Origin: Candidatus Poribacteria bacterium
GTDB lineage: Bacteria; Poribacteria; WGA-4E; WGA-3G
DNA: 64,000 nucleotides
Assembly: GCA_963663765.2 (NCBI GenBank)
Contig: CAXXUA010000005.1
Span: 1,184,001-1,248,000 of the forward strand
Direction: 5' to 3'
The notes beneath the pieces were generated by a model. It saw only the letters and a program-made list of their open reading frames with translations. It made no database searches and was not told the DNA's origin. Position 1 is the first letter of the stretch, and every line of letters begins with the position of its first letter. Positions 9,959-20,145 of the stretch are shown here, piece by piece. The position numbers and the translations under genes were made by a program.

Positions 9959-10244
9959 TGGACAAGATGGTACCCCATAAAATTAACGACATAGCAAAAT
10001 AATATCAAAAATATTGAAAACTAAAAAACCCTGTCCAATAATAGACATTCTGCCAGATTGTGTGGGTAACTTTAGCACATTCTGACAGATTGTGCATATA
10101 AATTATTCTGACAGATTGCTGATATAGTCATTTCTATTGTCAATTTAGACGCTATGATAAATAAAAATACTTCAACGAAAACCTGAAGTTATTTTTATTT
10201 ATGTAATCCTAACAATATCACAGAGCAATGGTAGATCAACACTA

Positions 10245-11121
10245 GAGCGTATCTCATAAATATTAAATGGTTTGATTTTTTCTTTTAATTTCTCATCATC
10301 TCTGCTAAACTTTATCTATTTCTACTATAAGTAAGGGGATGATTTGAATGGAACTTAGTGATAAGGAATGGGAAATTATTGAACCCCTAATGCCAGAACC
10401 ACCATCGGATAAACCGGGGAGACCTTGGCGTGGTAACAGAGAAGTGTTAGATGGGATACTGTGGGTGTTGCGAACAGGAGCTCCCTGGCGGGATTTACCA
10501 GAAAAGTATCCACCCTATCAAACCTGTCATCGTCGTTTTCAGCAATGGTCATCGGATGGAACGCTTGAAAAAGTTCAAATGGTACTCACAGAAATGCTTG
10601 AAAAACGAAAAAAAATAAATATGAGTGAGTGTTGTATTGATGCGAAATTCGTTCCTGCCAAGAAAGGAGGCATTTGTGTTGGTCCAACGAAGTGCGGCAA
10701 AGGGACAAAACTGGTAGCGATTACAGAAAAGTCTGGTAGACCTGTGAGTGTTCTGATTACAAAGGCTTCTTGTCATGAAGTGCGCTTGGTTGAACCGGCA
10801 TTGGATGCGTGTTGGACATCCGAAAACCCCGCAGTGTTGATTGGGGACAAAGCTTATGACTCTGATCCTTTAGATGCTTCTTTGAGGGAACGTGGTATTG
10901 AAATGGTAGCACCTCATAAAAAGAATCGTAAAAAACAGGCTACACAGGATGGTCGGCGTTTACGACGGTATAAGCGTCGTTTCAAAGTAGAAAGATTTTT
11001 CAGTTGGTTAGAGGATTATCGGCGTTTAGTTGTTCGTTGGGAATACTACGCTGAAAATTATTTAGGTTTTGTACTTCTTGCTTGCATACGTATGTCACTA
11101 AAATATTTATGAGATACGCTC
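10245..11121 (+). mobile_element. IS5-family insertion sequence (IS427-like), apparently intact
   Basis: 20-bp perfect TIR GAGCGTATCTCATAAATATT, TA on both flanks, single transposase ORF inside. Confidence 0.92.
10348..11112 (+). CDS. IS5-family DDE transposase
   Basis: WVLRTGAPWRDLP, CIDA, GDKAYDS and RFKVERFFSWL motifs. Confidence 0.95.
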   Translation: MELSDKEWEIIEPLMPEPPSDKPGRPWRGNREVLDGILWVLRTGAPWRDLPEKYPPYQTCHRRFQQWSSDGTLEKVQMVLTEMLEKRKKINMSECCIDAKFVPAKKGGICVGPTKCGKGTKLVAITEKSGRPVSVLITKASCHEVRLVEPALDACWTSENPAVLIGDKAYDSDPLDASLRERGIEMVAPHKKNRKKQATQDGRRLRRYKRRFKVERFFSWLEDYRRLVVRWEYYAENYLGFVLLACIRMSLKYL

Positions 11122-11642
11122 TATATACTCATTCAATTGAAACACTCAAAAATGGCGAAGGTATTGATAATATATAATAATTATTTAATATATGTATATA
11201 CTATTATTATATATTATGTCATGTTATTATCATTCTGCAGAATATTCTTACATAAAAACATACAATATTATGAGTAAGTTGTTGAAAAAACAATTGCCTT
11301 AAAATATGATAGTCATCAATGATATAATAACTTAAAAGCATACACAACAATTGTCTGTTCTCTTTTTCAATTTTACATTTTTTGAGATTCTAATGGTAAA
11401 ACCTGTTAGTTTATGTTATAGTATTATCATTTATGGACATAATACACTTTTTATATGATTATAATTATATTTATCGTCTCATAAAGAATACTAATGTATA
11501 GAATTTATATTATCAGGACTTACGCAAAAAACCGGAAGGCGTACTTTGTAAGCACTCCAACCGTGTAAGAACTATGTTATTACCGAATTAATAAAATAAA
11601 CTTCATCAAAAGTATGCAAGAATTAGTCTATTTGTTAAACCT

Positions 11643-14600
11643 ATGAATACATTATCTGACATTATTGAAAGATGTCATAAACGACATTTAAAACCTTTGC
11701 GGCAACGTAGAACGGTAATGCATAACAAAAAAGGTACACGTCAGTATACAGTGTATTGTGCGCATAAGAGTCCGATACCACTCTCTGATCTTGAACAAGC
11801 AAATATATCCTTCATGCCTATTGGACGCGCCCCACATCACGATCATGGACCTTGGGATTTTAATGGTAGTCGCTTTTTGAAACGTCAGCAGAATAATGAT
11901 TGGACCACAGATCAATGGAAAACATCTTGGGGCATTCAAGTCTATACAGGTTATCCATCTGAATATAACAACGCAAATTGGCATGATCTATTATTCTGTT
12001 TTGATGCTATTTGTAAGAAGCCTGATGCTGTGGAAGCATGCATTACCGGTTTAATTAACGCAACAACAAACCCACTCTTGACTATTACTGCGTCTGGAGG
12101 TTTGCGTTTTTCTTGTAGAATTACTGATTATCTACATCCAAATTATGAAGAGGAACGATTTTATATCTATAAACATACTCCTACATCTGATGATCCTTAC
12201 AGATGCGAAGTATACTTGGAGATTCTTGGTGAAAAGGGTTATAGCTGCTGGGATGCACGCTATGAAATTATCCTTGGAAACATTTTGAATCCACCAGTGA
12301 TGAACTTAGATGTATTGCATGCTCATATTGATACTCTTCGTAATGAACTACATCGTCCAATACCCCCTCAGAAAGTCACTATTAAACCTATTTTACTCTC
12401 AGTGAATGATTTACCTGATTCATTAGGATCACAAAAGTTAGATCTTGCAAAAGAAGCATTATTAAAACGTGGATTTATCTATTCTAAGCATGAAAAAAGT
12501 GTTTTCTCATGGTACCGTAAAATAGATGGTATGGATACAGTTCTGGTTTCCCTTTGGGAAGAAGATGGTGCTGTTTGGATACGCGCTTCAAAACCTAAAG
12601 TCGGATTACCAACAGAAGCAACGCATATTACTGATGTTTGGGTTGACACTGGAATTAAACCAAAAGTATCTGATAAATTAAGAGCAGTACGTGATGGAAA
12701 ATTAAGTCCATTAGCATTAAAAAGACCAAAAACTATATTACATCTGTCAAAAAAGAACAAAAGAGTTTATGAAACGCAGCAAGAGCAACTCAAAAGAATT
12801 CAAAATGTTTTTCAGAAAAATGCCCCCATTCAAGGTCTTATCGCAAATAGAGCCATACGTAAAAGGTACTTAGTTGAACACTTTGCTACAAATAATGATG
12901 TAATCTGCTTAGTTTACCCAAATTTAACTAAAGCAGATGCAGCATCAAAATACCTTCAAGAAAACTGTACGCAGTCTATTGGTTTCTGGAAACCTCGGAG
13001 ATATCAATGGGAACAAGTGAAAGATATTCCAGTTAAGGTGCGAATGGCAAAACCGTTTCAGCATGGAAATGTATGTGAAGATTCAGACCGCTGCTTAGCT
13101 CTTGAGAGAAAAGGTGGCGATCCAATCAAAAGTATATGTCCACAGTGTCAAGTCTATGCAAAATGCAAGGAAAAAGGATATTTAGCACAGACTAAAACTA
13201 TAAAAAGTAAAGATATACAAATTTTGCCCTTGGATCAAGTCTGTTTAGATCCTTACTATAAAGAATCTATGGACAAAATATTTACCGAATCAGAACAAAT
13301 TGAAAAAAATGAAGGCAAAAAAGGATTACAAAAACTATTTGTTATTGAAGATGTAGACATAGAAAGTTTATTTCCAAAATACAATTTTGATATAAAAGTC
13401 TTGGTTGAGTGGAGTTTGAATTGGGATGGACATATTTTAGGTAACTTTGCGAAAGCCTTGTTGAACGTACTAAAATTACCGAATGAAACAGATGGGGATT
13501 CTATAAAACGAGTACGCGCAACGCTCAAAGTGTTTAACACACATGAACAAGAACTAATCTATCAAATGTGTCACATTAATCTAAATGTTAATGTCATTCC
13601 AAAAGGGGTTGTTGATGCTGAAAGCGGAAAAGAATTAGCACATTACACCGTTTTATTTGAAAGTGGAACATCAGCATATATTCCACTGAACAAAGATGCC
13701 GCAGCATTACTTGAGAAAAGAAACATTCCTTATCTTGAATTGTATAATTCTGCAATAAGCCAAAACATGAAAATCCCTCTAACAATGGAAAAAGCAATCA
13801 GGTTAGGTGCTCTAAGTGTAGATACATTAGAAAGTATTGATACTTTTCCAACGGTATGTGAGAATCCAAAATGGACAATTTGGCATCAGCTTAAGTGTTT
13901 TTTTAATTACTATCGCCGTGATGATGACATACCAATAGAGTGGGATGAGGAACATATTAGTTTCAGATTACCACCCATGCTTCATTCAAGTATAAAACGA
14001 CTTTTACTCTCATCCATTAAAATTCGAAAAAAGTATATTCAAGCTGCGTTTCCAAATGATACAATTATTACTACTCACATAAAACCGACAGAATGGTGTT
14101 CCGGACATCGAGTTTTCCAACTACGGTCAGGTTATATTACTTTTCAAAACTTAGTTGAATACGATACAAATATAGACAAGATAAGACCAACAAGCACTGG
14201 TAGACAGTTTATTTACAGTATTCGATCTGAAATAGACAGAGATACTAACAAAAAACACGCAATTTTTACGTTCAAAAGACTTACGGATTGGATGTCTGAT
14301 ATTTCAGAACAGGAAAACGTATGTCTTGTGAATTCCTTTGCAGAAACAGTAACATCTATAGATGAACAGATTGAAGAAGCAGATATAATTTGGATTATTG
14401 GTATTCCAATCTTTGGACATAGTAACATTTGGCAAAAAGCAAAATTGTTGTACGGTAAGGACACTGAACCCCTTTCGTATGGAATTGATTTAGATGATGT
14501 TTCTTATAAAGACAAACGCGTTCAATATCTATTTGAACAATCTGTAATTAGTTTCTTCACACATGTTCTTGATCATGCGAAATTAACCCAACTTACAAAC

Positions 14601-15041
14601 AAAACAATAGTAATTGGAACAAGTTTTTACATACCAGATGTCACTGATCGACCTGAAACACAATTATTTGATTGGGAAGATTTGGAAGTTGCTGGTGGTT
14701 TGCATAAACTCACTGAATCAATCCAAACACGACAACGTTATGAAGAAGAAAGTAATAACATATCCACCGAAACCAGTCGGATTGAAATAGAACGTATCTT
14801 TGGATGTTCCCCAAGACAAGCGAACCGTATATTGAACAAACTACGTGGTGGAATTATCCCACGTGTTACATTCAGAGAGCAGATATTATCCCTGCTTGCA
14901 GATGGTGAAAAAAGAACTGCAGAAATTGTTGACTCAATTGATGGACATCCTAAAGCAATTAATTCCGAACTTACACGATTAGTCAAATCCGGTGTTATAC
15001 TCAAAGTACGACATGGTGTGTATAGAAAATCTGTAACTTAA
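11643..15041 (+). CDS. Large hypothetical protein (degenerate Prim-Pol-like / Cys cluster / helicase-like / HTH); paralog of 33067-36495
   Basis: Open 1132-aa ORF, collinear with the 1142-aa ORF; C-terminal winged-helix pattern REQILSLL...ELTRLVKSGVILKVRHGVY; product name is inferred. Confidence 0.75.
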   Translation: MNTLSDIIERCHKRHLKPLRQRRTVMHNKKGTRQYTVYCAHKSPIPLSDLEQANISFMPIGRAPHHDHGPWDFNGSRFLKRQQNNDWTTDQWKTSWGIQVYTGYPSEYNNANWHDLLFCFDAICKKPDAVEACITGLINATTNPLLTITASGGLRFSCRITDYLHPNYEEERFYIYKHTPTSDDPYRCEVYLEILGEKGYSCWDARYEIILGNILNPPVMNLDVLHAHIDTLRNELHRPIPPQKVTIKPILLSVNDLPDSLGSQKLDLAKEALLKRGFIYSKHEKSVFSWYRKIDGMDTVLVSLWEEDGAVWIRASKPKVGLPTEATHITDVWVDTGIKPKVSDKLRAVRDGKLSPLALKRPKTILHLSKKNKRVYETQQEQLKRIQNVFQKNAPIQGLIANRAIRKRYLVEHFATNNDVICLVYPNLTKADAASKYLQENCTQSIGFWKPRRYQWEQVKDIPVKVRMAKPFQHGNVCEDSDRCLALERKGGDPIKSICPQCQVYAKCKEKGYLAQTKTIKSKDIQILPLDQVCLDPYYKESMDKIFTESEQIEKNEGKKGLQKLFVIEDVDIESLFPKYNFDIKVLVEWSLNWDGHILGNFAKALLNVLKLPNETDGDSIKRVRATLKVFNTHEQELIYQMCHINLNVNVIPKGVVDAESGKELAHYTVLFESGTSAYIPLNKDAAALLEKRNIPYLELYNSAISQNMKIPLTMEKAIRLGALSVDTLESIDTFPTVCENPKWTIWHQLKCFFNYYRRDDDIPIEWDEEHISFRLPPMLHSSIKRLLLSSIKIRKKYIQAAFPNDTIITTHIKPTEWCSGHRVFQLRSGYITFQNLVEYDTNIDKIRPTSTGRQFIYSIRSEIDRDTNKKHAIFTFKRLTDWMSDISEQENVCLVNSFAETVTSIDEQIEEADIIWIIGIPIFGHSNIWQKAKLLYGKDTEPLSYGIDLDDVSYKDKRVQYLFEQSVISFFTHVLDHAKLTQLTNKTIVIGTSFYIPDVTDRPETQLFDWEDLEVAGGLHKLTESIQTRQRYEEESNNISTETSRIEIERIFGCSPRQANRILNKLRGGIIPRVTFREQILSLLADGEKRTAEIVDSIDGHPKAINSELTRLVKSGVILKVRHGVYRKSVT

Positions 15042-15059
15042 CACCTTCAAGATGTACTT

Positions 15060-15375
15060 GTGATACTCACGACGCCTAAAGTCGTGTGCTTCTTTGAAAC
15101 ACATAACTCTCCTCTGTGTGATTCCTGCTTCCGTCTCTCGTGCCTCTATCCTGAACTGCGTGAGGTCTTATTCGGACTCCACAAGCGTTTATGCTCTCTG
15201 TCTATCATACAGCGAGGGTTCTTAGGTTGATTGCAGCATTTATGTCTCTATCTATTTGATAGTCGCATTGACTGCAATGATAAGTTCTCTCTGATAGCGT
15301 CAAATCATCTTTCTTGTGTCTACAACGACTACAAGTTTTGCTTGAAGCATAGAATTTCGGTGCTTGTAATACCAT
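15060..15375 (-). pseudogene. tnpB: IS200/IS605 TnpB 3' remnant with right end / omegaRNA region
   Basis: FYASSKTCSRC...YHCSQC...DRDINAAINL (Zn ribbon plus RuvC-III), then a subterminal hairpin CACGACTTTAGGCGTCGTG and TCAC end motif at 15063-15060 on the minus strand. Confidence 0.85.
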
Positions 15376-15388
15376 TCTCATGTGATAA

Positions 15389-15504
15389 TGTCTCATTAGC
15401 AGCGGAAATCTGGTAGGAGCGACCTCCCGGTCGCGACCGGGAGGTCGCTCCTACCGAAGAGAGTAACCCCCTGCCAGTAAACAGTAGAATTCCTTAATGA
15501 GACA
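15389..15504. mobile_element. Small MITE-like element enclosing a 44-bp perfect palindrome
   Basis: TGTCTCATTA / TAATGAGACA ends; GGTAGGAGCGACCTCCCGGTCG-CGACCGGGAGGTCGCTCCTACC at 15412-15455; no clear TSD. Confidence 0.6.
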
Positions 15505-15765
15505 AGATTTATTTGAATTGGTATAATATCATCGGGAAAGAGATGGAACACGAAACTCTGAACCGAAGTGAACAATGGGAAGCAGGTGAACTTCATACGG
15601 ACACATTTGAATATATCTGAATAACTTCTGTTGGGAAATAGTCCCTTGTTTATCTTTTATAGAATTCATCTAAATAAATATCTGGCGAGATTTTTAATTC
15701 CAAAACGGTTAATTCCCAATAACTTTACACACCCTCCGATTCAGAACGTAAATCTAACCTATGAT

Positions 15766-16728
15766 TTAATGCTTCTCTTCCTGCTGAATAGCACGAATCA
15801 ATGCTTCACTCATACGGTCGCGGAGTACCTGTTGTCTTTCGTCTGACCATTCATAGAAACCTGTCCCGGATTTCACACCGAGTTGCCCCGTATCTACCAT
15901 TTCTTGCAGAAGTGGATTAATTTTGGACGAACTGTTCAAGTCTTTGTAGAGTTCCTCAAAAGCAGCAAGAACTAAATCCCAACCTGCAAGCTCAAATACT
16001 TCAAATGGACCTGCAACACTAAGTCGTCTACCGAAACTGTTTCGCACAACGAGGTCAACTGTCTCAGCACTCGCGATGCCCTGTTCCACGATAGAAAATG
16101 CTTCGCGGATAAGGGCTGCTTGTAGTCTCGGTCCCACAAAACCGAGTGCCTCTTTTTCAATAATCGCTGGCGTTTTACCAATAGATGTCAAAAGATCGAA
16201 CGTCACAGACACAGTTTCATCAGATGTAGCAGGACTGCGAATTAGTTCTACGAGAGGAATCAGATATGGCGGGTTAAAATAGTGCGTGTTAAGTATTTTA
16301 TCCGTACGTTTCACGTTAGCACCGATCTGACTTGGCATCAATGCGGTTGTATTGCTGGCTAAGATTGTATGAGGTAGGCACAAGGTGTCTAATTTCGCAA
16401 AAATCTGTTGTTTTAGCTGCAAATTCTCGGATACTGCTTCAACGACATAATCTGCCGTTTCTGCTGCTGCACTGAGATCGGTAGTGGTTTGAATACCTTG
16501 TAGTATATCAGGGATGCTCCCCTTTTCAATGAGTTCGTTTTCAGCAAGCAGTGTTAGGTTTTTGCTAATCTGTGCGCGTGCATTATTGAGTTGTTCTTCG
16601 GTTATATCGTGAAGACAGACATTATAACCTGCACATGCAAATTCTTGTGCAATGCCGTGTCCCATGAGTCCTGCACCGATGACAGCAATGTTTGCGATCT
16701 TGTTGGTTGTGTTCTCTGACAATTTCAT
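15766..16728 (-). CDS. 3-hydroxyacyl-CoA dehydrogenase family protein
   Basis: GAGLMGHGIA, EAVSENL, ASNT and HYFNPP motifs. Confidence 0.92.
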   Translation of the reverse strand: MKLSENTTNKIANIAVIGAGLMGHGIAQEFACAGYNVCLHDITEEQLNNARAQISKNLTLLAENELIEKGSIPDILQGIQTTTDLSAAAETADYVVEAVSENLQLKQQIFAKLDTLCLPHTILASNTTALMPSQIGANVKRTDKILNTHYFNPPYLIPLVELIRSPATSDETVSVTFDLLTSIGKTPAIIEKEALGFVGPRLQAALIREAFSIVEQGIASAETVDLVVRNSFGRRLSVAGPFEVFELAGWDLVLAAFEELYKDLNSSSKINPLLQEMVDTGQLGVKSGTGFYEWSDERQQVLRDRMSEALIRAIQQEEKH

Positions 16729-17405
16729 GCTCCAATCACGATTGTAAATTCCCCGCGGGGTTCAGTCCTTTGAAATTTCTCAAGTGCTTCGCTGATGTTG
16801 CCACGGAATATCTCTTCAAAGTGTTTGGTAAGTTCACGTGCAATGACTATATCGCGTTCTCCCATAACCTCAAGCGCATCTTCAAGGAAACGGCAGAGTC
16901 GGTGTGGAGATTCAAAGAGTATCAACGTACGTTCTTCATTTGCCAGTTGTGCTAATTGCCGTTTCCGCTTACCCGACTTTGGCGAAAGGAATCCTTCAAA
17001 TGTGAAGTTATGTAGGGGCAAACCTGAGATAGAAGCTGCAGTGAGGACTGCTGAAGCCCCCGGTATTGGTACGATGGTTATGTCTTGAGCAATGCATTCC
17101 CGTAGCAGCGGATATCCCGGATCGGAGATTATGGGAGTGCCAGCATCCGAAACAAGTGCAATGGACTCACCATCCTTCAGTCTTGAAACGATCTTTTCGG
17201 TCTTCGTCTGTTGGTTTCCTTCAAAATAACTTGTGAGTGGCGTTTTGATTTCGTAATGTGTGAGGAGTCTGCGTGTCTTACGGGTGTCTTCAGCGGCGAT
17301 CAGGTCTACCTCTTTTAGGATACGTAAGGCACGGAGTGTGATGTCTTCTAAATTCCCTATCGGTGTGCTGACAAGGTATAGGGTGCCGGGTTCGGTGTTT
17401 TGCAT
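16725..17405 (-). CDS. rsmI: 16S rRNA Cm1402 2'-O-methyltransferase
   Basis: STPIGNLEDIT, AEDTR, SDAGTPIISDPG and FESPHR motifs. Confidence 0.96.
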   Translation of the reverse strand: MQNTEPGTLYLVSTPIGNLEDITLRALRILKEVDLIAAEDTRKTRRLLTHYEIKTPLTSYFEGNQQTKTEKIVSRLKDGESIALVSDAGTPIISDPGYPLLRECIAQDITIVPIPGASAVLTAASISGLPLHNFTFEGFLSPKSGKRKRQLAQLANEERTLILFESPHRLCRFLEDALEVMGERDIVIARELTKHFEEIFRGNISEALEKFQRTEPRGEFTIVIGA

Positions 17406-17520
17406 TGATTTTGTCAACTAACAGTGTTAACCTGTAACAATTAGTACTGAAACAACGTCTACAACGTAACTATTTAACATACCAAAAGTATTCTTAACTA
17501 TCTTGGTAACGCAGTTCACC

Positions 17521-19422
17521 CTACTTGCTTTGTTTAGGTGTAAGTTTCCAATGGAGAATAGTTCCATCCCGATTCCCACTTACTAATGTGTTACCATCCG
17601 GACTATACACAACGATTGTGCGGTAAGGTGAATTTCCCTTGAAGGTGTGCAAGACCACACCAGAGGTTACATCCCACAAACGGATAGTATCACCAAAACT
17701 CCCACTTGCGAGTGTTTTTCCATCAGGACTGAATGATACACATCCAACCCAACCCTTATGTCCGTTGAGAGTTCGCAAATGCCCTCCTGATTCGGCATCC
17801 CACAAACGAATGGTTTGATCCCAACTTCCGCTTGCGATTACTTTACCATCTGGATTGAACGATACACTTTCGACCGTTCTCTTATGTCCTTTGAGGGTCC
17901 GCAAGTGTGAACCGGTGACTACATTCCACAAGCGAATAGTTTTGTCCTCACTTCCACTTGCAAGGGATTTGCCATTTGGACTAAACAAAACGCTATAGAC
18001 TTTAGATTTATGATCCGCAAAAGTACGCAAATGTGCACCAGAGACCACATCCCATAGACGGATAGTTTTGTCATAACTTCCACTTGCGAGCGTCTTACCA
18101 TCAGGACTAAATGACACACTAACCACGGCATTCGTATGTCCGATAAAAGTGCGTAAATGTGCGCCAGAAACAGCATCCCACAGGCAAATAGTTTTGTCCT
18201 GACTCCCACTTACGAGGGTTTTCCCATCCGGACTGAAGGATACACTTTCAACAGGATACTCATGTCCCTTGAAAGTGCGTAAGTGTTGGCTGGATTTGGC
18301 ATCCCACAAATGAATGCTGTTGTCAAAATAACCTCCATACCCTCCTGCAATTGTGTTGCCATCCGGACTGAAAGATACACTATGGAGACGACTCGTATGT
18401 CCGGTGATAGTACGTATATGACTACCGGAAGTTATATCCCAAAATCGGATGGTTTGATCCCAACTTCCGCTTGCGAGGGTTTTACCATCAGAACTGAACG
18501 ATATGCTTCGGATCACACCCGTATGTCCCTTGAAAGTGCGTAAGTGCGCCCCAGATGCTACATCCCACATACGGATGGTTCGATCCCAACATCCACTTGC
18601 CAGTGTTTTACCATCAGGACTGAACGATATGCTTTCGACATTATCTTTATGCCCTTTGAGAATACGTAGGTGATCACCGGGTTCAACATTCCACAATCGG
18701 ACGACACCTCCCTTACTACTGCTTGCGAGGGTTTTACCATCAGGACTGAAGGATACACTTGTAACACCAGAATTATGGCTTCTGAGGATTTTTTGTCTTT
18801 TGAATGTCCACAAATGCGCGCCAGAAAATACATCCCATAGGTGGATGAAACCGTCTTCATCTCCACTTGCAAGTATACTACCATCTGGACTAAATGATAC
18901 GGTTGTAATTTTACCTTTATGTTTCATGAAAGTGTGCAAACGTTCACCGGATTCGGCATCCAACAGATTAACAACATTGTCACTACCCCCATTTAACCCT
19001 CCAATTGCCAGGACTTTACCATCAGGACGATATATAATTGTATAGCCAGAATGTGTTGTAAGTATTCGTAGATGTGAACCCGTTGCGACATCCCACAGAC
19101 GGACGTTGAGTCTACTCACACCCGCAAGTGTCTTCCCATCAGGACTGAATGATATGCTATTGACACGTGCTGTATTTCCGATGAGGAGGTTCAGTTCTTT
19201 TCCATTCTTGGCATCATATAACCAAATACCTATTTCACTCGCAACAGCCAGCAGTGTTCCATCTGGTGAATACTTAATCTCTTCTATCGTGCTTTTACCG
19301 AGGCGAGCTGTTGCGCCTTCGGGTAGTTTCCACTTTATGTAGTCTTGTGCAAAAGTGGATGGTAGGATAAACGCTGAAAAAATTAGTAGCGTCAAAACAA
19401 TTGAAACTAATGTTGTTTTCAT
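17521..19422 (-). CDS. Secreted WD40-repeat protein
   Basis: Signal peptide followed by about 14 GH...SVSFSPDGKTLASGS.D.TIRLWD repeats. Confidence 0.95.
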   Translation of the reverse strand: MKTTLVSIVLTLLIFSAFILPSTFAQDYIKWKLPEGATARLGKSTIEEIKYSPDGTLLAVASEIGIWLYDAKNGKELNLLIGNTARVNSISFSPDGKTLAGVSRLNVRLWDVATGSHLRILTTHSGYTIIYRPDGKVLAIGGLNGGSDNVVNLLDAESGERLHTFMKHKGKITTVSFSPDGSILASGDEDGFIHLWDVFSGAHLWTFKRQKILRSHNSGVTSVSFSPDGKTLASSSKGGVVRLWNVEPGDHLRILKGHKDNVESISFSPDGKTLASGCWDRTIRMWDVASGAHLRTFKGHTGVIRSISFSSDGKTLASGSWDQTIRFWDITSGSHIRTITGHTSRLHSVSFSPDGNTIAGGYGGYFDNSIHLWDAKSSQHLRTFKGHEYPVESVSFSPDGKTLVSGSQDKTICLWDAVSGAHLRTFIGHTNAVVSVSFSPDGKTLASGSYDKTIRLWDVVSGAHLRTFADHKSKVYSVLFSPNGKSLASGSEDKTIRLWNVVTGSHLRTLKGHKRTVESVSFNPDGKVIASGSWDQTIRLWDAESGGHLRTLNGHKGWVGCVSFSPDGKTLASGSFGDTIRLWDVTSGVVLHTFKGNSPYRTIVVYSPDGNTLVSGNRDGTILHWKLTPKQSK

Positions 19423-19474
19423 TATGTTGCCTTATATCTATTTCAGAAAATAACTGCTATTGTTGATAATAACA

Positions 19475-19807
19475 TAGGGTTATTTAGTTTTAAGAGTTTT
19501 CTGGTATTGAGATTTACTGAAAGTTAATACCCAAGTGCGCTTTCCTAACCGCACTTTATGCATCAATTTTAGATTATTGAAACATAAACATTGTTCTTTA
19601 GTCCCGTAGGGACGATATGTTTATAGAAAACGAGTACCCCGCCCAGTTCTTTAGTCCCGACAAATGCGCCAAATCAACGGTATGAATGCCATTAAGGCAT
19701 TCCCCGTGTGGCATTTGGCGGGACTAAAAACCTATAAATGATGACAACACATAAAATTAACGACATAGCAAAACATTATCAAAAATATTGAAAACTGAAT
19801 AACCCTG
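19475..19807. mobile_element. Second, shorter copy of the CAGGG-ended non-autonomous element
   Basis: TAGGGTTATTTAGTTTT / AAAACTGAATAACCCTG; perfect 9-bp duplication ATAATAACA; contains one array-type unit. Confidence 0.85.
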
Positions 19808-19959
19808 ATAATAACATATCACACTTGTGTTGTCAAATTTTATGAAAGTTCCAAAATTAGCCAATTGACGCGATGTGTTTTATTTGGAAACTTATTCCTC
19901 AATTTTCAAGGAAATGTTTTATTTTATTGTGGATTTTACAATTACCTTGACAGTTTGTT

Positions 19960-20025
19960 TGTAGGAGGGAACTCCGGTTCCCGACCATACATACCCATAG
20001 TCGCGATTCGGAGATCGCTCCTACA
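19960..20025. repeat. REP-like inverted repeat
   Basis: TGTAGGAGGGAACTCCGGTTCCCGA...TCGCGATTCGGAGATCGCTCCTACA. Confidence 0.7.
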
Positions 20026-20145
20026 GAAGATGTGTAAACTTATTTTTGGATTTCACTATAAAGAGGCCCGTTTAATCATGATTCATTGTGCCTCGGACAT
20101 TCATAGCCGTATTTTGTAGAGGGGTCACTTTGTTCTGATTATCAC

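Larger units (their letters stand above)
9379..10033. mobile_element. Non-autonomous element with CAGGG... TIRs (ISAs1-like ends) carrying a REP array
   Basis: CAGGGTTATTTAGTTTT / AAAACTAAAAAACCCTG; flanks GCCAATAATA and TCCAATAATA; both end regions shared with the copy at 19475-19807. Confidence 0.8.

Noticed and set aside
9000-15500. tRNA-integrated prophage or genomic island
   Set aside because: The region lies 5' of the tRNA genes; there is no integrase and no duplicated tRNA 3' end was seen.
17472-17499. dif site (minus strand AGTTAAGAATA-CTTTTG-GTATGTTAAAT)
   Set aside because: The XerD-like arm matches but the XerC arm is poor. TGGTATGTT fits an extended -10 for rsmI, like similar motifs near 29858 and 37905. 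Not fully excluded.
17521-19422. Diversity-generating retroelement template/variable repeats
   Set aside because: The similarity is explained by WD40 repeats, there is no adenine-specific pattern evident, and no reverse transcriptase is present.
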